Shown here: in pieces, positions 1-8,026 of the stretch
Layout of the letters: every line of letters starts with the position of its first letter
Numbering within the stretch: position 1 is the first letter of the stretch
DNA from: a virus
UHGV virus genome: UHGV-0253961
DNA: 44,362 nt
Strand: one strand, 5' to 3'
Translations under genes and position numbers: made by a program
The notes under the pieces: model-generated
The model's input: only the letters and a program-made list of their open reading frames with translations
The model's database searches: none
Told to the model about the DNA's origin: nothing

Positions 1-107
1 ACGGAAACGGAGGGATAAAAATAAATTTCTAAATAAAACTAAATAGCCATAAGTACAGTGTTTTCAAAGATTTATTTTCTAAATAGAACTAAAAGATTAT
101 AACTATT

Positions 108-127
108 TTGACACGTATTTGACACGT
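108..127. repeat. attL/attR: Candidate prophage attachment-site core, left copy (TTGACACGTATTTGACACGT). It is an imperfect direct repeat of 44308-44327
   Basis: 18 of 20 nt match the copy that overlaps the integrase stop codon at the other end. Each copy contains a tandem TATTTGACAC motif. All phage ORFs lie between the two copies. Confidence 0.5.
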
Positions 128-131
128 GTAC

Positions 132-161
132 ACAAAAAACCACGCTCATAAGAACGTGGTT
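132..161 (-). terminator. Rho-independent terminator on the minus strand: stem AACCACG/CGTGGTT followed by a T-run
   Basis: Inverted repeat at 138-144 and 155-161 with a 10-nt loop. An A7 run on + at 132-139 gives a U-tract after the stem on the minus strand. Confidence 0.5.
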
Positions 162-208
162 TAGAATATAGTATTAGTTTGAAATTAGGGACAAAGATTA
201 TTATACAA

Positions 209-239
209 TAAAAAATAGGGTAGCCATAGCGACTACCCT
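209..239 (-). terminator. Rho-independent terminator on the minus strand directly after the 273-1199 gene: stem AGGGTAG/CTACCCT plus T-run
   Basis: Inverted repeat at 217-223 and 233-239 with a 9-nt loop. An A-run at 209-215 on + gives a U-tract on the minus strand, 34 nt downstream of the gene's stop. Confidence 0.6.
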
Positions 240-272
240 TGTATAATGACGTGGTGATTTAATTATATCACA

Positions 273-1199
273 CTAAGATTTTTCGATGTAATCACTATAA
301 TACGCCCACCGATATTTTTCACCTGTATTAGGATTACGCCCTGCATATTTCCTTTTCCCTCTGCAAACCATGACAATGTTATTTTCTTGTTTTAAATCAA
401 CTTCATCTATAGCTTCTTTAATACTTCCGAAAATTTTATTATCGTTTAATCTAACAACTTTTCTAGTATTGTTTTTAGCTCCACCCCTCGGATTATATTC
501 ACCTAATTTTTTAAGAATAGACACTATTTTCTTTCTATATAATCCTGTTTCCCTGCTAATTTCCAAAAAAGATATTCCTTTTTTGTGTTGATCAATTAAG
601 TACTTAACATCAACATTTAATATACGCGTCATTACGGCGTTTTTTAAACTGTTTTTGTCGTAAACATTTAATATATCACTTAATTTTGAGTTTTTTATTT
701 CTTTTAAAATATAATCCATATCAGATTTACTGCAGTTTATAGCTACATAGTCCATTTCATTCTTTAAGCAATATTCTTCTTTAATTTTGTCTGAAAACAA
801 CATTCTATCGTTATACCACTTAGAGTTTTTTCTAACATCATAATGCTGTTCGCCATGCATTTCTATACATATATTTTCTTTTGGTAAATAAAAATCAAAA
901 GGCAACACATCTTTATAAACGCAATTGTCAAATCTCATTTGTGAAATATAAAAGATGTTGTTATCCTTTAATAATTGTTCCATTAACCTTTCTGAATAAG
1001 ATCTGTTATCAGCACACACTTTACATTTAAAACCTCTTCTTTTGATTTCTCCAGGGCTTTTTACTAGTTGTGTTTTACAATTAGGGCATACCCACAATAT
1101 TTTTTGGGTGCTAGAACTACCTAGTTTTTTAGCGTGTTCTTTATCTTTAACAAATCTTCTGAGATAATCATTTTCATAAACCGTTTCTTTTATTGGCAT
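273..1199 (-). CDS. Putative DNA endonuclease (308 aa): Zn-ribbon, Vsr-like PD-(D/E)xK nuclease core, HTH, and a C-terminal homing-endonuclease-type DNA-binding tail. It is an accessory (moron) gene
   Basis: CPNC...CKVC zinc-ribbon. The motif PFDFYLPKENICIEMHGEQHY resembles the Vsr/DUF559 D...E.H core. The C-terminal KIFGSIKEAIDEV...VCRGKRKYAG...YRWAY resembles the NUMOD-like tails of phage HNH and GIY-YIG homing endonucleases. The gene has its own RBS (GAGGTGG), an extended -10 promoter and two terminators. Confidence 0.6.
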   Translation of the reverse strand: MPIKETVYENDYLRRFVKDKEHAKKLGSSSTQKILWVCPNCKTQLVKSPGEIKRRGFKCKVCADNRSYSERLMEQLLKDNNIFYISQMRFDNCVYKDVLPFDFYLPKENICIEMHGEQHYDVRKNSKWYNDRMLFSDKIKEEYCLKNEMDYVAINCSKSDMDYILKEIKNSKLSDILNVYDKNSLKNAVMTRILNVDVKYLIDQHKKGISFLEISRETGLYRKKIVSILKKLGEYNPRGGAKNNTRKVVRLNDNKIFGSIKEAIDEVDLKQENNIVMVCRGKRKYAGRNPNTGEKYRWAYYSDYIEKS

Positions 1200-1227
1200 A
1201 ATTCCACCTCGTTAATTAATACACCTT

Positions 1228-1236
1228 ATTATACCA
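1228..1236 (-). promoter_or_regulatory. Extended -10 promoter element (TGgTATAAT on the minus strand) for the 273-1199 moron gene
   Basis: Reverse complement of 1228-1236 reads TGGTATAAT. It sits about 30 nt upstream of the ATG at 1199, just downstream of the lysis-cassette terminator. No good -35 is present. Confidence 0.4.
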
Positions 1237-1245
1237 TTTTTTATG

Positions 1246-1269
1246 TAAAAAAAGCGGGTTTCCCCGCTT
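1246..1269 (-). terminator. Rho-independent terminator ending the lysis cassette: stem AAGCGGG/CCCGCTT plus T-run on the minus strand
   Basis: GC-rich 7-bp stem at 1252-1258 and 1263-1269 with loop TTTC. An A7 run at 1247-1253 gives a U-tract on the minus strand, 8 nt after the endolysin stop. Confidence 0.65.
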
Positions 1270-1276
1270 GATATAG

Positions 1277-2659
1277 TTATTTCCACTTTATCTTTCCATA
1301 TAATTTCTTCTCTTTTTTTATCCGTTCTTGTTTGTCAGTAATTTCACCCAAAGCGCAATAAAAATAACCAGAACTAGGATTAGTCGGGTATTTAAATTTA
1401 CCCCACCATAATTTTTTCTTAGTGTCTTTGTATAATTGAACAATATCTACCCAATCGTCTTTTCCGTACAACCAAGAACCTTTTTCTACAATTTCGCCGT
1501 TGGGTTTTTTTCTAACTTTAATTGTTGTGTTCGGATAAAATCTACCTTTCCAATCCCATGTTTTTTTTACACTTTTAACTTTACCTGCACTTGTACCTCC
1601 AATTGGCTTGCCGTTAATAGCGCTTGCTATTGACTTTGTGAAAGGTTTTATATTTTCATTAATATACTTCATATCTTTATATGAAGTAATGAACCCCAAT
1701 TCAACAAGTCTATAGTCTATACCAATATCATTAGCAACATTACAGTTTAATAAGTCGTTACGTTGAGTTATCCCTCTTATAGTACCAACACTTTGTTTTA
1801 GTGCTGCTTGGATGTTTTTATCCGTTATATTAGCAGGATAACCGGCTGGAATGATTGTATGTCCACCTGTAGCTTTAGGACCTGCACTATCTAAATGAAA
1901 TTCAATAACAGTATCATATCCTTGAGATTTTACCCAATATAAGCCATAATCTCTGTGATTACCGACTCTTACTCCATAGGCTGTATCCTGATACATATCT
2001 TGCTTTTTTCCATATATACCAACAGTATGTCCTGCATCTTTCAAATATTTTGATACATTATCAACAATGTTTTTTCTTATAAAATCACGTTCGTTATAAC
2101 CATTACCAATAGCACCAGGATCATTATACCCATGACCAGCAACGATCATCACTTTTCTTTTTTTAACTTTTTTTACAGGTTTAGGTTTAGTTGTTTTTGC
2201 TTTAATTTTACTTACTTTTGTTTCTTTAGAATACAGAGGTTCTACAAAATACATATCAGGGTGATATTCGTGGTATATTGTTTGAGCAACCTCTGGCGGA
2301 TTATTTCTTGCCCCGCCATACCAATTTTGATCCAAACTATAGAAATAATTTTGAGTAGCACTTTCTATAATAGCAACATGACCACATCCGTTACCATATT
2401 CGTAAGGAAAAACAACTAAAGTACCTTTTTTAGGAATATAAGAGTTATAATTTTTTACAACATTCGCGTATCCGTTAAAATCATTAACAAAAGGTATATC
2501 TTTAGCGTACATACCACTTAAAGTATGACCTGTTACGTAGTACCAATATTGATTGGCTAAATCAAAACATTGTGCGCCATAAACACCGTCGAAATCCCAC
2601 CAATAACCTTTTAACCTGTCTAAATAAGCATGCGCTTGATTTCTAGTTTTATTTGTCAT
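1277..2659 (-). CDS. Phage endolysin: N-terminal CHAP peptidase, central N-acetylmuramoyl-L-alanine amidase (Amidase_3-like), and a C-terminal W/K-rich cell-wall-binding domain (SH3b-like)
   Basis: CHAP motif YGAQCFDLAN with a downstream His. Central KVMIVAGHGYNDPGAIGNGYNERDF matches the amidase_3 signature. The ATG overlaps the holin stop (TAATG). Confidence 0.9.
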   Translation of the reverse strand: MTNKTRNQAHAYLDRLKGYWWDFDGVYGAQCFDLANQYWYYVTGHTLSGMYAKDIPFVNDFNGYANVVKNYNSYIPKKGTLVVFPYEYGNGCGHVAIIESATQNYFYSLDQNWYGGARNNPPEVAQTIYHEYHPDMYFVEPLYSKETKVSKIKAKTTKPKPVKKVKKRKVMIVAGHGYNDPGAIGNGYNERDFIRKNIVDNVSKYLKDAGHTVGIYGKKQDMYQDTAYGVRVGNHRDYGLYWVKSQGYDTVIEFHLDSAGPKATGGHTIIPAGYPANITDKNIQAALKQSVGTIRGITQRNDLLNCNVANDIGIDYRLVELGFITSYKDMKYINENIKPFTKSIASAINGKPIGGTSAGKVKSVKKTWDWKGRFYPNTTIKVRKKPNGEIVEKGSWLYGKDDWVDIVQLYKDTKKKLWWGKFKYPTNPSSGYFYCALGEITDKQERIKKEKKLYGKIKWK

Positions 2660-2931
2660 TAATCATTACCTCCAATTGGTGCTTTACCATTTGTGTTTTC
2701 TGTACCTGCTTTAACTTCATGCAATTTTTGTTGTCCTTTTTGTGCTGCGTGAGAGAAATTATTGTTTTTCCACCAAGTCCACAAAGAAATTGCACCAGTA
2801 ATAATAGAACTGATAGTCACTTCGTCTACCGGAATAGGTGAAATATGTTTCGTAGCTAAAAATTGGTTAACCCAAGCTAAAATAAATACGATTGTTCTTA
2901 CAATTGAACCTACATCTGTTTTCATACTCAT
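2659..2931 (-). CDS. Holin (90 aa, two or three TM helices)
   Basis: Small hydrophobic protein immediately upstream of the endolysin and overlapping it. It has a charged C-terminus and an AAAGGAG RBS. Confidence 0.8.
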   Translation of the reverse strand: MSMKTDVGSIVRTIVFILAWVNQFLATKHISPIPVDEVTISSIITGAISLWTWWKNNNFSHAAQKGQQKLHEVKAGTENTNGKAPIGGND

Positions 2932-2951
2932 ATCTCCTTTTAGATAAATTA

Positions 2952-2972
2952 AAAAGCCAACGCATTGCGTTG
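2952..2972 (-). terminator. Terminator-like hairpin between the tail genes and the holin (CAACGC-att-GCGTTG plus T-run on the minus strand)
   Basis: Perfect 6-bp stem at 2958-2963 and 2967-2972 followed by TTTTT on the minus strand. It is probably leaky, as is common in late operons. Confidence 0.4.
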
Positions 2973-2980
2973 ACTCGATT

Positions 2981-3508
2981 TTATTTATTCTCTTTTATTA
3001 ACTTTTTATCTTCGATAGAATGATCATTATAGATATATTTAACCTCTATAGATCCTTCAGAAGTTTCATCTAATATGCCTAAAACATCAGGATTAGTCGT
3101 GATATTATCTATCTCTTGTAATTTAATAGGTTCGTCTAAACTATCGAATTTTACAATAGCGTTGACTTTGAACTGTTTAGGCAACTCTGTTTTAGTGCTG
3201 TAACAATAGTTTATAAAATCTTGTAAATTAAAGAGCTTTTTGTTTTCTAGATTAGATACATAACCATTAAACATCCATTCTAAGTTACTTTTTAAGATTT
3301 CATCGACTTCATTGCCGTCAGTAAATATAGCAACTTGTATAGGCTCAACTACACCCTCTGTATATTGTAATAACCAATAGTCAATTGTTTTCTTATTAGA
3401 TAACCAATCCTCTTTCATTATCTTAACTACTTCTTCGGCGATAGGTTTAGCCATTAGTTCAATCCATTGCCCTTTTTCTTTGTCGAAAATTTTAGGTATA
3501 GCTTTCAT
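2981..3508 (-). CDS. Hypothetical protein (175 aa), acidic and cytoplasmic-looking, with no recognisable structural motif
   Basis: Long ORF in the late-operon orientation. Its start overlaps the stop of the upstream gene. Confidence 0.55.
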   Translation of the reverse strand: MKAIPKIFDKEKGQWIELMAKPIAEEVVKIMKEDWLSNKKTIDYWLLQYTEGVVEPIQVAIFTDGNEVDEILKSNLEWMFNGYVSNLENKKLFNLQDFINYCYSTKTELPKQFKVNAIVKFDSLDEPIKLQEIDNITTNPDVLGILDETSEGSIEVKYIYNDHSIEDKKLIKENK

Positions 3509-4017
3509 TATTCATTACCTCCAGTAGTATCAATCCAAATTTTAGTTGTGTCATTAGGGGCGTTCTCTCCAATAACAAAATTTTCTTCGCTTTCAGTTTG
3601 ATTCTTAATTAATCCGTTTTTTACACCGTATTCAATCATTTCTTGCCATAAATCATGATTTTGTGTATTGATCAATTGCCTACCAATCACACTCTCTGTT
3701 ACTTGAATTTTCGCTTTATTGTCGGACGGGAATACATACTTGTTATCCACCCATATTTCTAATGAATACGTGTTTGCAGGGATAATTTGATTGATTACAA
3801 CATCACACACATAGGCATTGTCATATTGCCTAACTGTAGTGTCGTAGATATATTTGACACCTGTACTGTCAGTGAGAAAAACTTTTGCAGGCAATCCTTC
3901 TAATTTTAAGTCTTCGTTGTTATTGTCAGACAAGATGTATCGCATGTGCGATAAGTCACCTTGTTTAATGCGATTGCCGTCTTGTGAGTCATTTAAATTA
4001 AGTACATTTATTAACAT
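3508..4017 (-). CDS. Hypothetical protein (169 aa), possibly tail-associated
   Basis: ORF co-oriented with the late operon, directly downstream of the virion hydrolase. Confidence 0.55.
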   Translation of the reverse strand: MLINVLNLNDSQDGNRIKQGDLSHMRYILSDNNNEDLKLEGLPAKVFLTDSTGVKYIYDTTVRQYDNAYVCDVVINQIIPANTYSLEIWVDNKYVFPSDNKAKIQVTESVIGRQLINTQNHDLWQEMIEYGVKNGLIKNQTESEENFVIGENAPNDTTKIWIDTTGGNE

Positions 4018-4070
4018 TAGAAACCACCCTTCAATTATTAAAGGCTACCCACCGTCAGTGAGTAGCCTTG

Positions 4071-5864
4071 TTATCTATATTTATCTCGAATGTAGTACAT
4101 ACCTTTTGTACCAACTGTTTTGTATAATTTACTAATGGTTGATGCTTGGAAATTACACCATTCGATAGCAGTAGCATATTGCATACGACCTGGATTGCTA
4201 GGATTCCAACGCATTCTGTATAATGTGTTTTTACCTTTGTTAAAGTATTGTTTCCTAACGAACTTAGCGCCACCTATAATACCATTACGTGGACTCGTCC
4301 ACCCTTGACGTCTAGCGTATCCTATAGAAGCGTTAGGGTTGTTGTCGTAAGCTGCAATACCAAAGTAGTTGTAGATACCATAACGTCCACTAGCAAAGTT
4401 ACTACGGCCATATCCACTCTCTAAGAAAGCGTGAGCGATTAAGTAAATTTCATTTACATTGTACTTCTTACAACCGTCTGCAAAAGCTTTACCTTGTCCA
4501 GATAAAGTGCCTTTACCTTTAAGTATCTTATTCAACTTACTTACTGATATACCTTGATATTTTCCTAAATCTAGCATTTGATAGCGTTGAGTTGAACTAT
4601 TCCATATAGTGTTAGGATTCATATACTTACTTGTTTGTGACCTAGAAGCATTACCCCAACCCCAACTATAAGATTTTTGAGGCATGCCATGAGCCATTTG
4701 TGCATTAAGCGCTTGTTGGAAAGTATATTTACTTTTCTCTACAACTACACGAGGTTTATTTGAAGTTCTGTTTGTCGTTTTACCTGTCGACTTATCGTTC
4801 TGTGAAGGATTGTCGACCGAAGTTTTAGGTTTAATTTTTATCTTTGTCTTTGTAGTTGTTGTAGTAATTGTTTCTGTAAGTAATTTATCTCTTTTCAAAT
4901 ATAAACCGATAATTTTCTTCTCGACTTCTTTATATTTACTTTCATCAGGAATACCATTTTTGATTAAGTCGTAATTGATTAAATCTTTCATAGAACGCCA
5001 TATGTTAGGATCTGCTTTGATTGACGATTCAGAAAGTTTCACCTTACTCCAACTTAACAACCAAACGCCGTAGATTAACGCTCTGATTTGATTGAGCATG
5101 AATTGGCGTTTGCTATCCGTTTGTCCTCCGCAAACTTCCATAACAAGCCAACCTGGATGTTCTGGTGCTTCTTCTGAATCAGGTCTAGGTGTCCATACAC
5201 GCTCACGGTCAATATATACATGAGGGTATTCATCTTCATTCACATATTTATTACGTTGTAAATACAATTCTTCAACAGAACGCATATGTGTACTCTCTTT
5301 GATATATATACCTTTTACCTTCCCTATCAACTTTTGCCCTTCAACCATGTAATGATAAATATATTCCAAATCATCGTCTAAATCGTATGCGAATGATGTA
5401 TAGGAAACTTTGGTAATCTCTTTAGTTATAGGTTTTGTTTGTTCTTTTGTGTTTTTAGAAGTGTTGTCATTAGAAGGTTTGGACGGTGTACTACTTGGTT
5501 TCGATGGTTTCTTAGTTTCTGCGTGGTAGGGAGGTCTGACAAATCCGCTTATACCGTTATAACTATGTTTAATTTTCGCGCCAGGTGATCCTGTATAACT
5601 ATTAGCACCAATCCAATTTTGATCCACACTAGTAAAGTAACTTTTGGTAGACGGACCTATGACAACAGCAGTATGACCAACACCGTTATTAAAGGAGCCC
5701 TTTCCCCAAACTGCCATGTCACCAGGTTTCGGAACAAAGTTTCTAGTGTTCCTATAGAATTTGAAGCCTTTAGGGTATCTATACCATGCCATAGCAATCG
5801 CATTTCCTGTTGTTTTAAAATGCCAATATCTATTGAAAATGTAGTTTGGTAGATCCCAACACTG
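4071..5864 (-). CDS. Virion-associated peptidoglycan hydrolase, exon 2. It carries the remainder of the CHAP domain, a Ser/Thr/Lys-rich linker, and a C-terminal glucosaminidase-like domain
   Basis: Upstream of the first Met (5792) the same frame stays open to 5864 and encodes QCWDLPNYIFNRYWHF, the CHAP catalytic Cys region. This joins in frame with exon 1 at 6848-6955. The C-terminal half has lysozyme/glucosaminidase-like motifs, as in phi11-family tail hydrolases. Confidence 0.75.
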   Translation of the reverse strand, partial: QCWDLPNYIFNRYWHFKTTGNAIAMAWYRYPKGFKFYRNTRNFVPKPGDMAVWGKGSFNNGVGHTAVVIGPSTKSYFTSVDQNWIGANSYTGSPGAKIKHSYNGISGFVRPPYHAETKKPSKPSSTPSKPSNDNTSKNTKEQTKPITKEITKVSYTSFAYDLDDDLEYIYHYMVEGQKLIGKVKGIYIKESTHMRSVEELYLQRNKYVNEDEYPHVYIDRERVWTPRPDSEEAPEHPGWLVMEVCGGQTDSKRQFMLNQIRALIYGVWLLSWSKVKLSESSIKADPNIWRSMKDLINYDLIKNGIPDESKYKEVEKKIIGLYLKRDKLLTETITTTTTKTKIKIKPKTSVDNPSQNDKSTGKTTNRTSNKPRVVVEKSKYTFQQALNAQMAHGMPQKSYSWGWGNASRSQTSKYMNPNTIWNSSTQRYQMLDLGKYQGISVSKLNKILKGKGTLSGQGKAFADGCKKYNVNEIYLIAHAFLESGYGRSNFASGRYGIYNYFGIAAYDNNPNASIGYARRQGWTSPRNGIIGGAKFVRKQYFNKGKNTLYRMRWNPSNPGRMQYATAIEWCNFQASTISKLYKTVGTKGMYYIRDKYR

Positions 5865-6847
5865 CGTTTGTATTTAACTTAACGCCTTTCCCCGCATTAA
5901 TTTCTTAATACGCTTGTGTAACGTTAAATTGCTCTATAAAAAGAGCCTCATGCTTTCACATGAGACTAGACTATATCTTAATATTCATTTTTAGCTTTTT
6001 TATAAGCTAAGTGTGCTTCTTCTGCAGTTTCATAAACACCTAAGTATATAAATTTCTTGTTTTTGTAAAGTTGCGCTTGATATTTGTTTAGATGTGGTTT
6101 GTAAGTTACTCCTGTATATCCTGTCTTATTATGATATTTTCGTCGATTGTTTGAATTTTCTTCATGACTAACCCATCTGCAATTTGATGGTTTATAATCG
6201 TCATCGTTGTTAATTCTGTCTAATTCAGCACCTTCGAATGGTACATCCCCCATATCTTTGTAGAATTGCATAAAGTCATCTTTCCACTCATCACAAACCT
6301 TTATACCTCTACCGCCATATGCGCTGTAAAAATCATAATTAGAGTTGTAACATCGTTGCTTCATACCTTTCCATTTATTATAAATTAAAGTTCCAGTCAT
6401 ACCGTGTTTTTTAGAATGACTAACTTTATTCAAACAACCACAACTTTTAGAATAACCATTTTTAACTTCGGTACCAATCATTATTTTTTCATTACCGCAT
6501 CTCGTACAGTAACATTTATATAGTTTCTTTTTATGTTTATTTCTGCCATAAAACTCTAGAACTTTAAGATAATTAAACTGCATTCCTACAATGTCCATTT
6601 GACCACTCCTTATCAATCGTCAAATACATTGTATCACACATGAATATTTAATGCACTGCCTATCAATTGATAGTACATAGTCGTTGAAGCTTCCTCTACT
6701 ATTACCATAGAGGCTTGCCTGCTGATTGCCCAATCCTTAATATTTTTTAACTTTCACGCTTACCGTTACCAGTTACGTTGTAGTTATTAAGGCTCTAAGG
6801 GTGTCCCAGCAATTCACATTATTTTTTTACATGGAACCCATTAATTA
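5865..6847 (-). mobile_element. Putative group I intron (about 983 nt) interrupting the CHAP domain of the tail hydrolase gene and carrying an HNH homing endonuclease ORF
   Basis: Exon 1 ends ...GYYGA and is followed immediately by TAA. Exon 2 resumes QCWD... . The upstream exon ends in T and the intron ends in G, as group I splicing requires. The internal ORF has its own RBS. Several stem-loops are present. Confidence 0.6.
5978..6616 (-). CDS. Intron-encoded HNH homing endonuclease with an AP2 DNA-binding domain (212 aa)
   Basis: HNH_3-type motif ELDRINNDDDYKPSNCRWVSHEENSNN. AP2-like TGYTGVTYKPHLNKYQAQLYKNKKFIYLGVYETAEEAHLAYKKA. Cys-rich N-terminus. RBS AAGGAG. Confidence 0.8.
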   Translation of the reverse strand: MIRSGQMDIVGMQFNYLKVLEFYGRNKHKKKLYKCYCTRCGNEKIMIGTEVKNGYSKSCGCLNKVSHSKKHGMTGTLIYNKWKGMKQRCYNSNYDFYSAYGGRGIKVCDEWKDDFMQFYKDMGDVPFEGAELDRINNDDDYKPSNCRWVSHEENSNNRRKYHNKTGYTGVTYKPHLNKYQAQLYKNKKFIYLGVYETAEEAHLAYKKAKNEY

Positions 6848-6955
6848 AGCTCCATAATAACCGTCCACATCAACCCTTCTACCAATCATACTTCTTGCCC
6901 ATGCTGCAACTTCAGAAGCAGTAGGCTTTCTTTTTTTAGGACTAGGTAATCCCAT
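6848..6955 (-). CDS. Virion-associated peptidoglycan hydrolase, exon 1 (36 aa: MGLPSPKKRKPTASEVAAWARSMIGRRVDVDGYYGA)
   Basis: ATG at 6955 preceded by GAGGTG. It encodes the N-terminal start of the CHAP domain up to just before the catalytic Cys, then reads directly into a TAA. Confidence 0.65.
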
Positions 6956-7006
6956 ATATGCACCTCATTTCTGGCATAATAAAAAGCCGATAAAATATGT
7001 ACCGAC

Positions 7007-7453
7007 TTAATTTCCAAATAACAACGGAGCAATTACTTTACTTAATGTTTCAAGTAAAGCGAAAGCACCTACAATCAAAGCACCTAATGTTTTGTTAGAC
7101 AGCTTTTTTTCTTCTAATATAAATTGTTTATCTTCAATTTTGCTATCTAGTGTTTTTCTAATATCTCTAACTTCTCCGTTGACTTCTTCAAAACGTCTAT
7201 TTGTATTAGAGTTTGATTGTCTTAACTCCTTTACAAGCCCTTCAATACTATTTGCCATTCTATCTGTGTTCTTTTCAGTGTTAGCGGATGTTCCTTTTAA
7301 TTCTGTAATGACTTGTATAGTTTCTGTGTATCTGTCATCATGCTTTTCATCCACTTTGTATAACTTTTCTGATGTCTTTTCTATATTAGTTTCAGCTTTA
7401 TCCATGCGTTTTTCTAAGCTAGTAATTCTTTGTTCTTCTATTGTTTTTTGCAT
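7007..7453 (-). CDS. XhlA-like (haemolysin XhlA family) protein: N-terminal coiled coil plus a C-terminal TM helix
   Basis: 148 aa with charged heptad repeats followed by LGALIVGAFALLETLSKVIAPLL. This architecture is typical of PBSX XhlA-like proteins in phage tail and lysis regions. Confidence 0.55.
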   Translation of the reverse strand: MQKTIEEQRITSLEKRMDKAETNIEKTSEKLYKVDEKHDDRYTETIQVITELKGTSANTEKNTDRMANSIEGLVKELRQSNSNTNRRFEEVNGEVRDIRKTLDSKIEDKQFILEEKKLSNKTLGALIVGAFALLETLSKVIAPLLFGN

Positions 7454-7881
7454 AAAATTAAAACCCCAATTGCCACTAAGATAAATTGTATGATGCCAAT
7501 GCTTAAATTGATGTAATAAGTAGTGAACATTTCTGCGCCACTCACAGACAATAAACCGAAAAGCACATGAATAAAACCGCTTAAACTATTACCCAAAATG
7601 ACAAAAATAGCGTATATTTTACCGTCGGAAAACATTGCTGCAATTAAAAGGAAAGAACCGATTAGCATAAACCACCCCATAGTTTGTATATCAAAATAAA
7701 GGCTTATTTTTGTATACAAAGGGGATATTTCTTCTAATTCATCTACAGTTTTATCAATCCATTCAAAACTTCTAATACCACCTGTAACAGCAAGTAATAA
7801 AAGCAAAAGATTAGACATTAAATCTGTTGTATTTATTTTTCTCATGGTTAATCCACCAACTTTGCTCAAAAATGAAACCAC
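7438..7881 (-). CDS. Integral membrane protein (about 4 TM helices). The start is uncertain: GTG at 7881 or ATG at 7845
   Basis: Hydrophobic ORF. The ATG at 7845 has a GGTGGA RBS. Confidence 0.5.
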   Translation of the reverse strand: MVSFLSKVGGLTMRKINTTDLMSNLLLLLLAVTGGIRSFEWIDKTVDELEEISPLYTKISLYFDIQTMGWFMLIGSFLLIAAMFSDGKIYAIFVILGNSLSGFIHVLFGLLSVSGAEMFTTYYINLSIGIIQFILVAIGVLILCKKQ

Positions 7882-7884
7882 AAG

Positions 7885-8025
7885 TTATTTAACCTGTGGT
7901 TCGTAATCTTTACCTGTTGTTTCTTTAAACTGTTCTGGCGTAATCCATCTAACTCTAACAAACTTTTTAAAAGTTTCGTCAGTGTATAAACCTTTTTTAT
8001 ATAAATCGATTACTACTTTATCCAT
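7885..8025 (-). CDS. XkdX-like small phage protein (46 aa: MDKVVIDLYKKGLYTDETFKKFVRVRWITPEQFKETTGKDYEPQVK)
   Basis: Not in the ORF track because it is under 60 aa. The protein was translated by hand. The pattern MDK..IDLYK.G.YT.E....V...ITPE.YKEITG is characteristic of the XkdX family. Confidence 0.55.
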   Translation of the reverse strand: MDKVVIDLYKKGLYTDETFKKFVRVRWITPEQFKETTGKDYEPQVK

Positions 8026-8026
8026 A

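Noticed and set aside
1-107. A possible tRNA or tmRNA integration target at the left flank
   Set aside because: No cloverleaf or tRNA-like conserved boxes are recognisable in the roughly 100 nt available. The flank is too short to judge.
370-591. A 73-aa + strand ORF inside the 273-1199 gene. The same pattern holds for the other + strand ORFs of 60-140 aa in the track, for example 1436-1633, 2132-2419, 10188-10454, 16194-17165 and 22819-23235.
   Set aside because: All lie antisense within long, well-supported minus-strand phage genes. They are Cys/Phe/Ser-rich low-complexity translations typical of the reverse strand of AT-rich coding DNA. None has an RBS or a known motif.
5790-5792. The Met at 5792 as the start of the tail hydrolase
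   Set aside because: The frame is open 72 nt further upstream and encodes the missing CHAP catalytic-Cys segment. A better-supported exon 1 with an RBS exists at 6848-6955. The Met is internal.
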